32,000 nt of DNA from Wallemia ichthyophaga EXF-994 (Eukaryota > Fungi > Basidiomycota): NCBI RefSeq assembly GCF_000400465.1, contig NW_008806275.1, positions 120,001-152,000 on the forward strand. The letters are read 5' to 3'. Positions within the stretch are counted from its first letter, which is position 1, and each line of letters opens with the position of its first letter. Below the pieces are notes generated by a model, which ran no database searches, had not been told where the DNA came from, and saw nothing but the letters and a program-made list of their open reading frames with translations. Shown here one piece after another: positions 21,467 to 32,000 of this stretch. The translations under genes were made by a program, and so were the position numbers.

Positions 21467-24026
21467 CTACCAGCCATGCAGGCTACCAATTGTCTTGCTG
21501 CCATCATCAAAGAATGGATCGTGGGTCATAGTGTTGAGGTGCACTTCATGGTCTCTGTGAGCATGAAGGGTGTGACTCTGAGCGTGATGCTCATCGGGTC
21601 CTATCCCAGCCAACGCCGACAGGTTACTTGGAAGTTCATGACTAGCCGCCAATCCGCCTGTTGCACTAGTCGCCGCCGCCTGCGGCATGAATTGCGTACC
21701 CCATCCGCTATCGAATGACGGTACGAATGATGGACTTCCACCGTGTATATAATTTGGTGCATCCAGCGTCGATAGTATATTCGACGGATCCCATGGATGC
21801 ATGTCGAAACTATTTCCTCCCTTATTCACATCCAGACTCCCTGTGCGATGTTTAATAGGTAATGATGTAGCAGTGGGAGGTGAAGTGGTTGATGTGCTTG
21901 GTGTGTGAGTGTGTCCAGGTGCATTTTGTGACGATTGTGGTGAAGGCTGGGAAGCTACTTGTGTAGGTGCATTACCATTACTATTACCATTTCCTGCACT
22001 CGCGCTTGCTCCAGCTGCCGCTGCACCGGCCGCTGCTCCAGCACCAACACCAACGCCAACACTTCCGCCTCCACTTCCTCCACCACCGCCGCTGAAGGAC
22101 GCCGAGCGACTGTGATGGTGCTGCGTAGCGCCGCTCGGATCGTACACAAATTTTCCCTCGAGCGCCGCCAATATATCAGGTCGGTGATATTTGCGTAAAC
22201 GCACCATTACATCCGCCGCCTTCTCGAGCGCCTTATGCACAAGATCCCACTTGTAATTCTTCGCCGTGCGCTGAAGGATGAGCGAGTACTTAGCGAGCAG
22301 TCCAAGCGGGCTCGAGTGGGTGTTATGTGGTATAAAAGGTGCCATGGCCGACTCCTTGCTATAGAAAGCGAGACGGATGAGCACCGTCAGCAGCAGCGTA
22401 AAGTGGTTCGCTGCATAAATTAGCCAATAACCGCGTATATCAGATTCGGAAAGTGTGCTAAGGAACTCCACCATCATGTGCACAAGCTCCATACTCTGCT
22501 TGTCCGGCGGAGGGAGTGCAGCTCCGTGGTGCTGAAATTCTAGCGCTTGCTTGCGCAAAAATAATCTCAGTCCCATGATCTCCCATTGGAAACTAAGCGT
22601 GCCGGGACTCTTCTCAAGTGGGATAGACTCGTTGTAGAACTTCTCCGCTTCGTGCTCGAGAACGAACACCGTCTGCAGCTTCTCTTGACGGTTCTTCTGC
22701 CGCTTTGCGCGCACTGTGACAAGCGCCTCGTGGGTGCGTACTAGCAAATGGCATAACGCACACATACCGCGGAAACTCCTCGCTGAGGGCGACGGCTGGG
22801 GGAGAGAATTGAGCGATGGGAGCGGTACGTCTGTGTCTGCGGGCGAGATGTGCGTCGGCCGATTCTCATATACGGCAATAGAGGAGGAGTGAATGACACA
22901 CCCCCACCATAACCTTATGCGCAGATCACGCTCCCAGCTCGGAATAGACCAGTCAGTGGGGTCAAGGTGAAGACCAAGGAGCTGCGCCTGCGCGACTGTG
23001 CGTGCTAGAACTAAATAGTTACCGCGTGGATCCATCGATGGTCTTCCATTGAGATCTAACAAGTTGGCAGCGATAGTCGACAGCTTCGGTTTGTCGAAAT
23101 CTGGGTGTGTGGCTACGTGGAGGATAGCCCAAGCGTTGATAGGTATGGAGGTTTGGTCGGTGGTGAAAATAAGCGCTGAGGAGTATATAGCACCGAGTAA
23201 GTACGGTGGGGTGGTCTGATTGCCATCGGGGAGGACAGGATAGGCAGGGTGGACAATAGAGAGGTAGTTCTGGATGAGTTGGTCTCGGGAGCAGTCGCAT
23301 TGGGCGAGTACCTGGTCAACTTGGGAGAGGAGAGCCAAACCAGGATCCAAAGAGGAGCGGTAGTGGGGCTTCCTCTCAAAGACGGCAAAGACGGGCCTGT
23401 TAGGGTCGAGGCTGAGCTGCCGGACTAAAGAAGGGCCGGGTGGGAGAAGGTTTGAGATATCGTCTGGTGCCGAACTAACGAGATGTGGTTCATGTGATTC
23501 AGGGGTACTGAGGTCGAGACTAGCGAAAACGTTGCTGAGAGAAGACATATCAGAGGGAATGTACGGGGTGAAGTTAATTTCGTCGTAAGGGTTTTGCTGG
23601 GTGCCGGAATTCGAAGGTCTCTTGCGTGTGCCACGTGTGGTGGAGGGGGGCGTGTTAGAAGAGGGGAGTGGCTGCGTAGTCGTTGGCGGTGGTTGTAGAT
23701 TCTGGTCTTGGGGAAGTGGAAGCTTCCTCTTCCTCTTCTGTGGAGCCTCTTGGAAGGTACAAGACTTATTCGTTTGCTTACACTCGTTGCAAGGAGGACC
23801 AGATTCGGTAATAAAGCAGCGAGTCTTAGATCTACGGCCTGCGAGTGGGGTTAGTTGCAAATGTCTCAAAGGTAAACCAAGTTGTCTCACATAAATCGCA
23901 TGGACGCTGCTTTCTCGATCTGAATGGTCTGGCACCGTGAGCAGACGAGGTGCTGGCTAGATGCGTGGCTGGTATAGAGTAGTCCAGGTTACTTGAACTG
24001 CTGCTGAATTCCTGCCCTAAGTCCAT
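21467..24026 (-). CDS. Zn(II)2Cys6 fungal transcription factor, Dal81/TamA-like, with fungal TF middle homology region and low-complexity tail
   Basis: After removing a phase-1 intron inside the cluster, the sequence reads RPFRSRKQRPCDLCRRSKTRCFITESGPPCNECKQTNKSCTF (C-x2-C-x6-C-x8-C-x2-C-x6-C). The middle region contains YLSIVHPAYPVL and AQLLGLHLDPTDWSIPSWERDLRIRLWW, as in Dal81/TamA homologues. Confidence 0.85.
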
Positions 24027-25461
24027 TAAACGCTGTTGAAAGTTCACAAAGAGGGCACCATGTTCGACTTTGTCGGGATAAATTAAATTAAATATAAATT
24101 ACAAAAAATGTTTCATATATTCCTCACGACGCAGGCGTTTTATCTGTTTATATGTTAGAATGCCCCTAAACATAATTGTAAACCCACTTGCTGGCCGAAC
24201 CCCCGAGCAACCCGCTTGGTGAAGCTCACAGCGCTCGTTTGTAATTGGATTAACGAATCTGCAAATGTTACATATCCATAATTCAGCAAATGGCTAAATA
24301 TGTTATTAGCCTCGCCGCACCCGCCACACCTCCTCACCATTTTCTGTAGTTGATTGACAGTATTTAATGACACAAATTAATAAAACAAAGAGATTGACAT
24401 GCTTTCATTTTTTATTTTATTCCTATCGGTCTCTCTCCCCTTTGCAACCTGGCCTGTGTGTATAGCTGTTAGCCTGGATAAGACACTGGCAACTTCACCC
24501 ACTTCAAACACCTCAAACACACTAAAGGTACCTCCATTCCACATCTGTCACATACCCAGATCCTGTGGCTTTCTTTCAGCGAGCGTAAACAGTTCTCCTG
24601 TTTCTTAGTTTCGCTTGTTTACTCAATGCCTCACCCACAAAAGTCATATTGAAAAAGTTGTGAAAACTTTGTAATCGCTGGAAAAGAGCGTTTAATACAC
24701 CTACATCTCTTATATACTCGCCCTTGATTGACCTCTTGAAATGTACTTGATAATCTCATGACTACTTTGCTTTTCTAATCACATTTGTGCACTTAATAGT
24801 TTCAGGTAACATTGACCAACGCGTACAAATACGCGTAGATTCTTTCCTTTTGTCTCATTTCCAAACCCCTACACACTCCCTCTAAATTCACGCTTTCTTT
24901 TTAACAATACATAATCTGGTTACATCCCAACACCTTTACTCCCCCCCATTATCAACTCTCTCTTCTCTTGTCACACCTGTCAAACTCATGTCAGCACCCC
25001 CGCTTGATGAAAGCCTCCGAACTGACGCACATGTTACAAGTTTGGTAAACTATCGGTATAAGATACTTGCAGCTACTGCACTTCCAACATCCTATGGCTG
25101 CTGATCTGTCTTTGTTCATTGCAATTGTAGTACTTGAAGTTTTGACGTTAAATTATCAGTCTAGATTAATAGCTGCAGATGAGAATGTAAATCTCCAACC
25201 TGTCATTCTAGACCTGTTCTCTAATAACTCCAGAATCTCCTGCTCACGTGGTTTTTCAATCGTTCCGCTTATTCATTCATGCATGACATTCCAATTTGCA
25301 AATCATTCGCAAATGTTTCTTCATCATATCACATCCGAATTCTCATTAACCCTCAACAATCACATCTTAATATCCTCACTTGTCATCACACTGTCACTGC
25401 CATTGTCACCGCCTCATCGTTTCACAAACAATATGTATTGATGTAATTGGTATAATACATT

Positions 25462-26592
25462 CTAAATAATGTGAATAGAAGTGTATAAATGCCTAGAACA
25501 AAACCTCTCTAAAGCTCTGCTGTCAAAGAGCGGATTTCTGATCAAAGTCAAACTTTTGAGAGCAGGAAGGGCAGTATCCAAGTAGCCATCATTAAAAGCC
25601 CTCATAAATCCCCTAATCTTTGAGCTATTGTGGTAATCCCGATAATCTAAAATAATCATACCGGCATTGTTCATTCTAGCCATGCTCTCGATATCCGTTA
25701 TGAGAGGAATAAGTGGATCTAGTATCAGATGCTCCATTCTGAAGGATACATATTCTAGTTGCGAAATGAAGGGATTATTGTAATCGACTAGAACATTTGC
25801 ATCGGTCACATCTATGGACATGAGTTCTGGTAGTGATATATCCCGCAAATCAATCATGATATTTTTAAGATATAATTGATTCAAAGATGCCAAACAAGCT
25901 GGCAAAGAAAACGAATTTCTGAGAGGGAATGTTACTTTGTTTGGTACGACATTGCAAGACAAATCTAATTGCTTAAGTCTCGGTGCTCGTGACACAAAAT
26001 CGTTGATGCCTGCAGTCAGGGCCTCATGGTCACCCTTAATCTCCACCTCATCAAGCATTAGAAAATTGCCATCAGTGTTCATTATAGGGTGTATGTTTAT
26101 CATAAGAACATATTCCAAATTCTCCCGAGTATCAATTGAAATTGAGCTCAGGTCGAAGAAATAATTTGTGACGATGCTCTCTTCATCTTCAGGCCTGCAC
26201 CGTATCCGAAGAAATGTTTCGACTAGCAAGTCTGAAGGTAATGAAAGACATTCTGCCTCATCGTGATCCAAGACTAAATCCAAATAACAAATGACATTTC
26301 TACCAAATGGAATTTGTTTAAAGAGTGCTGCGTTCTTTATCTGGATTTGAAGAAAGTTAATCTTCCTGGATACGTTAAAGCATTGAGTGAGAATCCTACT
26401 GATAATCCCAAGATCGACTTCATCTTCCAATTTAATTACTCGTGAGTAAGTGTAGGCCTTGGATAAAGTTAAACCGTCCATCCAATTCCTATTGATCTGA
26501 AGAGAAAGACATTCTCCCCCAATGAATAACAGCTCGTTGGCTATAAGAGCAACAAGTTCATGTGGTAGATTAGACGCATTTAAGTGCGACAT
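25462..26592 (-). CDS. Intronless F-box protein with a divergent leucine-rich C-terminal region
   Basis: The N-terminus NLPHELVALIANEL...LQINRNW fits the F-box pattern. Later LxxLxL repeats occur (RLKQLDLSCN, LNQLYLKNI, ALKSLTL). The likely ATG is at 26592. Confidence 0.6.
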   Translation of the reverse strand: MSHLNASNLPHELVALIANELLFIGGECLSLQINRNWMDGLTLSKAYTYSRVIKLEDEVDLGIISRILTQCFNVSRKINFLQIQIKNAALFKQIPFGRNVICYLDLVLDHDEAECLSLPSDLLVETFLRIRCRPEDEESIVTNYFFDLSSISIDTRENLEYVLMINIHPIMNTDGNFLMLDEVEIKGDHEALTAGINDFVSRAPRLKQLDLSCNVVPNKVTFPLRNSFSLPACLASLNQLYLKNIMIDLRDISLPELMSIDVTDANVLVDYNNPFISQLEYVSFRMEHLILDPLIPLITDIESMARMNNAGMIILDYRDYHNSSKIRGFMRAFNDGYLDTALPALKSLTLIRNPLFDSRALERFCSRHLYTSIHII

Positions 26593-26860
26593 CCTCGCAT
26601 GTCGATGATGATGATACGTTTTCGAGAGAGTAGCATCCAAGTAAAAGGGTATGACACCGTAGGTATCAAAGGCGTTAGAGCATGGCTTCGAGTGTGATTA
26701 CGGTGCATCAAATCCAGCACAAACATCAAGCTTGCGCTTCCATGTGGGGGAACAAACTGATTAGGATTATTAAAGTGTACATATAACATATTATTTCAAA
26801 ACGATTTTGGTATGGTCTCTGTGTGTGTGATATATGCAATGCATTGGCAGCTGTTTGAAA

Positions 26861-26894
26861 TTTTGTGTTTTGCGTTTTGCGTTTTGTGTTTGCG
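26861..26894. repeat. Tandem 7-mer TTTTG(C/T)G, four full copies plus a partial
   Basis: The sequence ttttgtg ttttgcg ttttgcg ttttgtg tttgcg is read directly. Confidence 0.8.
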
Positions 26895-27662
26895 TTGCAA
26901 AGTGCAGATTAGCGACGACGTCCCCCTGAGCCTTTACCTGCGCCGGCATCCATCGACCACGCTTTAGGAACGTCAATGATTGCTTTGATGTTTGTGTGCT
27001 TCCTCCCGTCGCACTTTCTCATGTCGCTGAAGTATGTCGAGCCGTGTGAGCCTTGTTAGCGGAAAAAGAAGACCGACGCACTTTGTACACCAAATATAAC
27101 TTTCTTCGTTGTACCTGGATAGCCTCTAAGCTAAACACGTAATATCTGTTTACTCAACACACCAATGACTGCAATTTAGACTCCTGTTGGTAAATCAAAA
27201 AAATCATTGAATCACTACCTACCACTTGTTGCAAATCCACACATTTTTACGTGTTGCACCTGACATTCCTTACCAAGCTCTACCGTAGTTTCTCCAGAGG
27301 CCTATCAGACTATCAGCCAGCTAGAAGTATTTGAGGTGAAACTTTTCATCGACTTATTAGAGCAAGAAAACGACATTGATAGCAAAATTGTGAAAAATTA
27401 GTACAAATGATCCATTATGAATAGAGGTATGAGTGAAAAGATGAAAATGTTTTTGCTTGTTTGGTATTGTGATTGATTTGAACGTGTATGTTGATCGTGT
27501 ATGTTAAATAATGTAACTGATCGTGAAAATCCGTCTATATTTTTGCGTAAATATTTGTGTACTGATTCTGTGATGAATATAAATAGTCGTAATAGCAGTA
27601 TTTATAAACATATGAGCGAATAAGTTAACAGCGTGTTGAATAGAACACGCTTTCCAAGTTGC

Positions 27663-27677
27663 TTTTTTTTTTTTTTT
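27663..27677. repeat. Homopolymer T15 (A15 on the minus strand) 2 nt after the stop codon of the 27680-29563 gene
   Basis: The run is read directly from the sequence. Confidence 0.9.
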
Positions 27678-27679
27678 GC

Positions 27680-29563
27680 TTAGAGCGTGCTTTTTTCGCG
27701 AGCAGTAGCGGTGCCTTGATTGATATCCATGTACTGCATAAAGTTGTTCAGCGCCAACTCAGATCTGGTTGAGTAGCTGTCCATGGTGTATCCAGCACCA
27801 GCAGCAGCTGTATAGTTATTCGTACCATTGTAGCTATAGTTGTTTGGAAGGTTAAGTGATTTTAAGTGAGACACTGACGAGCGTGGAACTAATCTGCTGT
27901 AATTCGCGTAGTTGTAGTTGTTCAACAAGTCCATTTGAAGCGGCTCGATTGGAGATGGTTCGGGTGATGTACCAGATTGAGTAGAGTTGCTTGGTGTCAT
28001 CGACAATGGTGGTAAATCTGATGCGGATGAAACTAAACGTGAGCTTGTACGAGATGGTGACGAAGAGAGAGATACTCCAAGTGGACCGCTACTACCAGGA
28101 AATAAGGTCGTATGTGATAAGTCGCGATGAGCTTCAGCTCTCAAATGATCCCTATTGAACGCTTCAATAGTCTTGTATCCACTGATAGGTGAATATTCTG
28201 GTAGATCGTTAGTGAATTGTGTAAATTCCGATAATTTTCCTTTGGCAGGAGTAGCTGCAGCAGAGTGAGATGCAGTTGCATGTAACTGAGGTGGTGTTGA
28301 TAAAGGAGCAAATGAAGTATTGGATAATGTTATTTGTGGACGATGAGTGACAGATGCGTAGCTACTGAGACTTTCGGATGCGTTTGCACTTCTAGCCAGA
28401 GTTGGCGTGTGTTGTAATGTTGGGTTGGCTACTGATGGTCTGAGCAAAGAAGGACTGTAGAGTAGGCTATTTGATCCAGCCATAGGCTTTGATCCGATAA
28501 TACCAGCACTAGTTGATCTCTCCAAGCTGCGTTTGTGTTGATGTTTTGGTGTTGCTAAGTTTGAAGAATTGAAAGCTGGATGAATGCCAGGTTTCTGTGG
28601 ATCTTGAGAACGGTCTTGAGAACGGTCTCGAGAACGGTCTTGAGGCTTCGCCGGCATAGCAGGTTGAATAGACGCAGGAGGCTGGATATTGCGCTTGTTG
28701 GCTTGGTTACGTTGATTGCTGCGCTGCTGGCTTCCTTTCTTTGACTTATCCCTATTGTTTCTTCCTGGTTTACCGTCTAAAGCTTCCATTCCTTGGAATG
28801 ATCCGGATAGCGCGAAGACACGCATGCCCATATCGAAAGCGGTCTGAACTTCTGGTTCGCAGAGGGCAATTTCCTTTTTTAAGAAGTGGCGGGGAATTTC
28901 GTCTTTGTGATCGCCCTCGTAAACACAAGTATCACGTTTTGCCCAGCTCTGTAAGACGATATTAGTGATGACGTTGAGTAGACAAGAAATGAACTCACGA
29001 CCATTTTGCAATTGTTGCAAAACCAATCACCAACTCTCGTCCATTCGACTTTGCTCGTCGCCAAATGTAGTATACAGTGATACGCAAAGTGAGAATCGAG
29101 GTGCTTGACGTACTCGTCAATAGCCCACATGGTGATAATTTCGCGAGAGGGAGTAACGCCTACAGGGAGTTTGGCTCTGACTGGGAAGAATCCGAGTGCG
29201 CATTTGTCTGCAGGTATGTCTCTGCCTCTAACGTACGGGATCTTGTTGAAATCATCCATAGAGTGCAGTTCCATATCGGTGGACGGACGCCCGAGAAACT
29301 TGTAAAGGATTAGGCACTCGTAGAACTGCTTTATATGGCCTCGTGAGTTCTTGAACCTGGACATGTCCTTGAAAGTTACTTGATCGAATGAATGCTTCGA
29401 TCTGTTAGCCTGTACTGATTTCGCGAGTTGGTGTATGTCGAGTATATCCTCGCTGTATGGCATTTTATTAGCGTCGTAAGCACAAGAAACCATTCCTGCG
29501 ACGGACTCACCGGGGTCTGTCAACTTGCCCACGCACGCCCGCGCTCATCTGAGTGAGTGACAT
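27680..29563 (-). CDS. Protein with an unassigned N-terminal domain, a degenerate RanBP2-type zinc finger and a long S/P/Q/N-rich tail
   Basis: The start MSLTQMSAGVRGQVDRP|REDILD is at 29563. A GTGAGT...CTAAT...TTACAG intron near 28930-28998 joins the two ORFs into EWTRVGDWFCNNCKMV|SWAKRDTCVYEGDH. Confidence 0.75.
28602..28644. repeat. 12-bp coding tandem repeat (about 3.5 copies) encoding QDRS/RDRS
   Basis: The sequence tcttgagaacgg tcttgagaacgg tctcgagaacgg tcttgag encodes PQDRSRDRSQDRSQD. Confidence 0.85.
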
Positions 29564-30638
29564 TTCCTATATTGTTTTATTTTTACTTGATGATAGTTTA
29601 GATCTAAGGAGTTGATGTGCTTATATGGCTATCAGAGACAAAGGATCTTCTTGACATGTGCTCAATTTAGATAATAAAAAGCACCATTTGTTAGAGCAAC
29701 TCAGTCAGTTTTTATCCAGGCTATAATATTAACATCTCCTATTCACCAATCGTGAGTAAATTCACTTGGAAACTTAGCGCGTGCCTGCATATCGACCCGT
29801 GACCAGTAGGCGTCTTGGAGCGCTCGGCATTGTACCGGTTAAGTCATTTATGTAATAATAGCAATTGTATTCGTACGAGCTTGTCTTCCTAACATTCACC
29901 TCGTTCACCACGTTCGCGTTAGCCGATAACGAGCGTGGATAAGCGTGGATTGGCGCTTTTTCGGCGATTCTCAAAGGAAGTAAAATGATTTAGGGGTAAT
30001 AATACACTTTTTAAAGGCATATGAATCGATTAATACTCAATACACAGCATACTCGTTATCCTCACCCACACTCCACCCCAGTCTCAGCGAGTGGGGGCTG
30101 GTAAATCGGGACAGAAATCCGTGTGCGTTTGTGAGAATACCGCGTATTATGCAAAATGTGATTCCCGTGGGTATCGTAATTACTTCCACCTGCATGTGCG
30201 TGCGTTAAGACTATTGTAATCCGGGCAGAGACGGCCAACGATATCGAGCGACTGTGGACCGCGATAGATGATAATTGATGGGCGTTAAACGGCGTTATAA
30301 GGCCACCGTCCCTTGCACCGCTTATACCAACCTCCACATCCTTGCCCTACCACAGCCCATCCTGCTGTCACCCTAAGTCTGAAACACGGTCCGTGCCTTA
30401 ATTGCCGGCGTATGACACAGTTGACGCATTTTGATTTGCACACCACTGCTGCAAATTATGCACAGAAACCGTTCCCGTCACGATATCCACCTCGGCAGTT
30501 ACCAGTTACAAACCGCAGCCAACGCCCCAACGCCAAATTACAGCGAATATGTATAAATAGGATCTTTACAAATTAAAATTGATTTTGATAAACTATAACA
30601 TGAGAGTGTTGATGTGTTGGGTGAGCTGAGTTTTCACT

Positions 30639-32000
30639 TCAGTTCAAGCAAAACTCCACGAGTGCTGTTGACGCTTTAAATAAAGCATCCTCGACGTCTT
30701 GCTCCGATGGTGAGGTTGGTATATCCTTGGTATGTTTGTTTGTGATGTTCTTGCCGACCGCGTTCTCGTTGTTGTTGAATGGATCAAACTTGTTTGGAGA
30801 CGACTCAGCTGATTGCGGTGGAGAAGGCAAGTTGGCGGTAAAGTTTGTCTGGTATGGGTTCGCTGTCTTTGCCTTTGGTCTGCCAATAGGCTGGATACCG
30901 GATCCTGAGCCCGACGATCTACGTTCAACTGGCTGGGCGTCAGCGTGCAGATCTGCAAGTGTGAAGTTGTCTGAGGTGGTCGAGATGGGTGACGAGATGG
31001 GAGTGAGCAGACCGGTCGACTTGAGGGGCGCTGGAGACAGATTGTAATTGTGGTCCTGCTGCGACCATCCCGAGGCAAATATTGGCAGCAACGGTGTAGG
31101 TGGGTTGCGTCTCGAGTTGTTTGCCCTCGAGCGCTGTCTCGATAGGAATCCGTTATTCTCTGGGAACGTGTTCGATGCGCTGCCAGTTGGCATCCACGTG
31201 GTGTCGAAGCTTGTAGACGTTGGGAGGGGCGACGTGGACAAACGTGGTGCTGCTTTTGCCTTGTTTGAATGTGCTTGAGCGTGTGCGCTAGCTGGGTTCG
31301 ATCCCACTCCGCTCCCGGTCGATCCAGTTGACGAGCGAGACGACGAGCGCATTGGCAGCGGTGCAGACTGTGGCATCTGTGCAGAGACGCCGGACTGCAC
31401 CTTGGCTGGCGTGATTGGAATCCTCTTCTTGTCCGCTTCTGGGGAGCGTCTCGATGCTGCAGTGCCTGTCTCTATCTTTTCTCCACCCGAAATGAGCATT
31501 ACCGTTTCACTCTTTGCGAAAGCATCTAATGCCTCGACACAAAGAGCATTTCGCAACGCCACTCTCACCGGTGGCTGCTGAGGGCGAGCTGTTTGAACCG
31601 ATGACTTGTTAACAGGATCATTTCCGCTGGCTCCACACTCGCGGCATTCGTTCTTTGATGCCCAGCATAAAAAGCGGCATTCTGAACAAACCCAGTCTCC
31701 CATTTCGTACCAGTGCTCAATACCCTGAAGATGTCACGTCAGCATGCTACTTTCCAGCACGCTGGTACTCACAATATCTGGTCGTCCAATCTTGCATAAA
31801 TGATCCTCGAGCACGGGTGCCTTGTTGCCTACGCCTCCCTGTGGCAGCTTGAGGCCAGTCTTGCAGATCTCCTCTGCGTCCCACTCCTTGTCGGCTGGAA
31901 GGTGCAGCCATATAGGCATGAATGCTATCCTCGACATGCCCGACTCAAGATCCAGTCCAGGCAGTGTAGCAAGCTCGCTGACGTGCTGGAACATTTTACA
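30639..32000 (-). CDS. RanBP2-type zinc-finger protein with an S/P/T-rich tail; 5' end lies beyond the window
   Basis: A GTGAGT...CTGAC...TTCAG intron near 31725-31772 joins ...HLCKIGRPDI|GIEHWYEMGDWVCSECRFLCWASKNECRECG, which is a W-x-C-x2-C-x10-C-x2-C finger. Confidence 0.75.

Noticed and set aside
26970-27035. Possible C/D-box snoRNA (ATGATTG...CTGA)
   Set aside because: The C box is imperfect, there is no clear terminal stem, and I could not identify an rRNA-complementary guide.
29050-29113. Possible in-frame 60-nt intron (GTACGT...GAG) in the first zinc-finger paralog
   Set aside because: It needs a rare GAG acceptor, lacks a clear branch point, and the frame is open without it. It is left unresolved.
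30062-30576. Short ORFs between the two zinc-finger paralogs, including GPCLNCRR
   Set aside because: There are no ATG-initiated or spliceable models and the Cys pattern does not continue. It is most likely promoter and 3' spacer DNA.

Overview
This is a eukaryotic, very gene-dense fungal window. The introns are short (about 45-55 nt, GT-AG), the intergenic gaps are tiny and the Ste50 has the basidiomycete domain layout. These features suggest a compact basidiomycete such as Wallemia, which is an inference. Hand-splicing supports 17 protein-coding genes in this order: Doa10/MARCH6 E3 ligase (partial), a CYSTM tail-anchored protein, an OPT oligopeptide transporter, an ELMO C-terminal-only protein, symplekin/Pta1, Ste50/Ubc2, Bet1, a New1/eEF3-family ABCF ATPase, a TAF3/TAF8-like histone-fold protein, eIF5A, a GT31 glycosyltransferase, a 75-aa zinc-finger microprotein missed by the ORF track, eIF4AIII/Fal1, a Dal81/TamA-like Zn2Cys6 factor, an F-box protein, and two tandem RanBP2-type zinc-finger proteins. 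No rRNA, tRNA, CRISPR or intact mobile element was recognised. The main leads are (1) three non-canonical RanBP2-like zinc-finger genes, one a hidden three-exon microprotein; (2) a 91-nt OPT intron built from two complete abutting or nested intron units (candidate stwintron or recursive intron); (3) an ELMO gene reduced to its DOCK-binding PH and proline-rich tail; and (4) an eIF5A start codon that exists only after splicing (A|TG), preceded by a hairpin. All gene models and family calls were made by eye without database searches.
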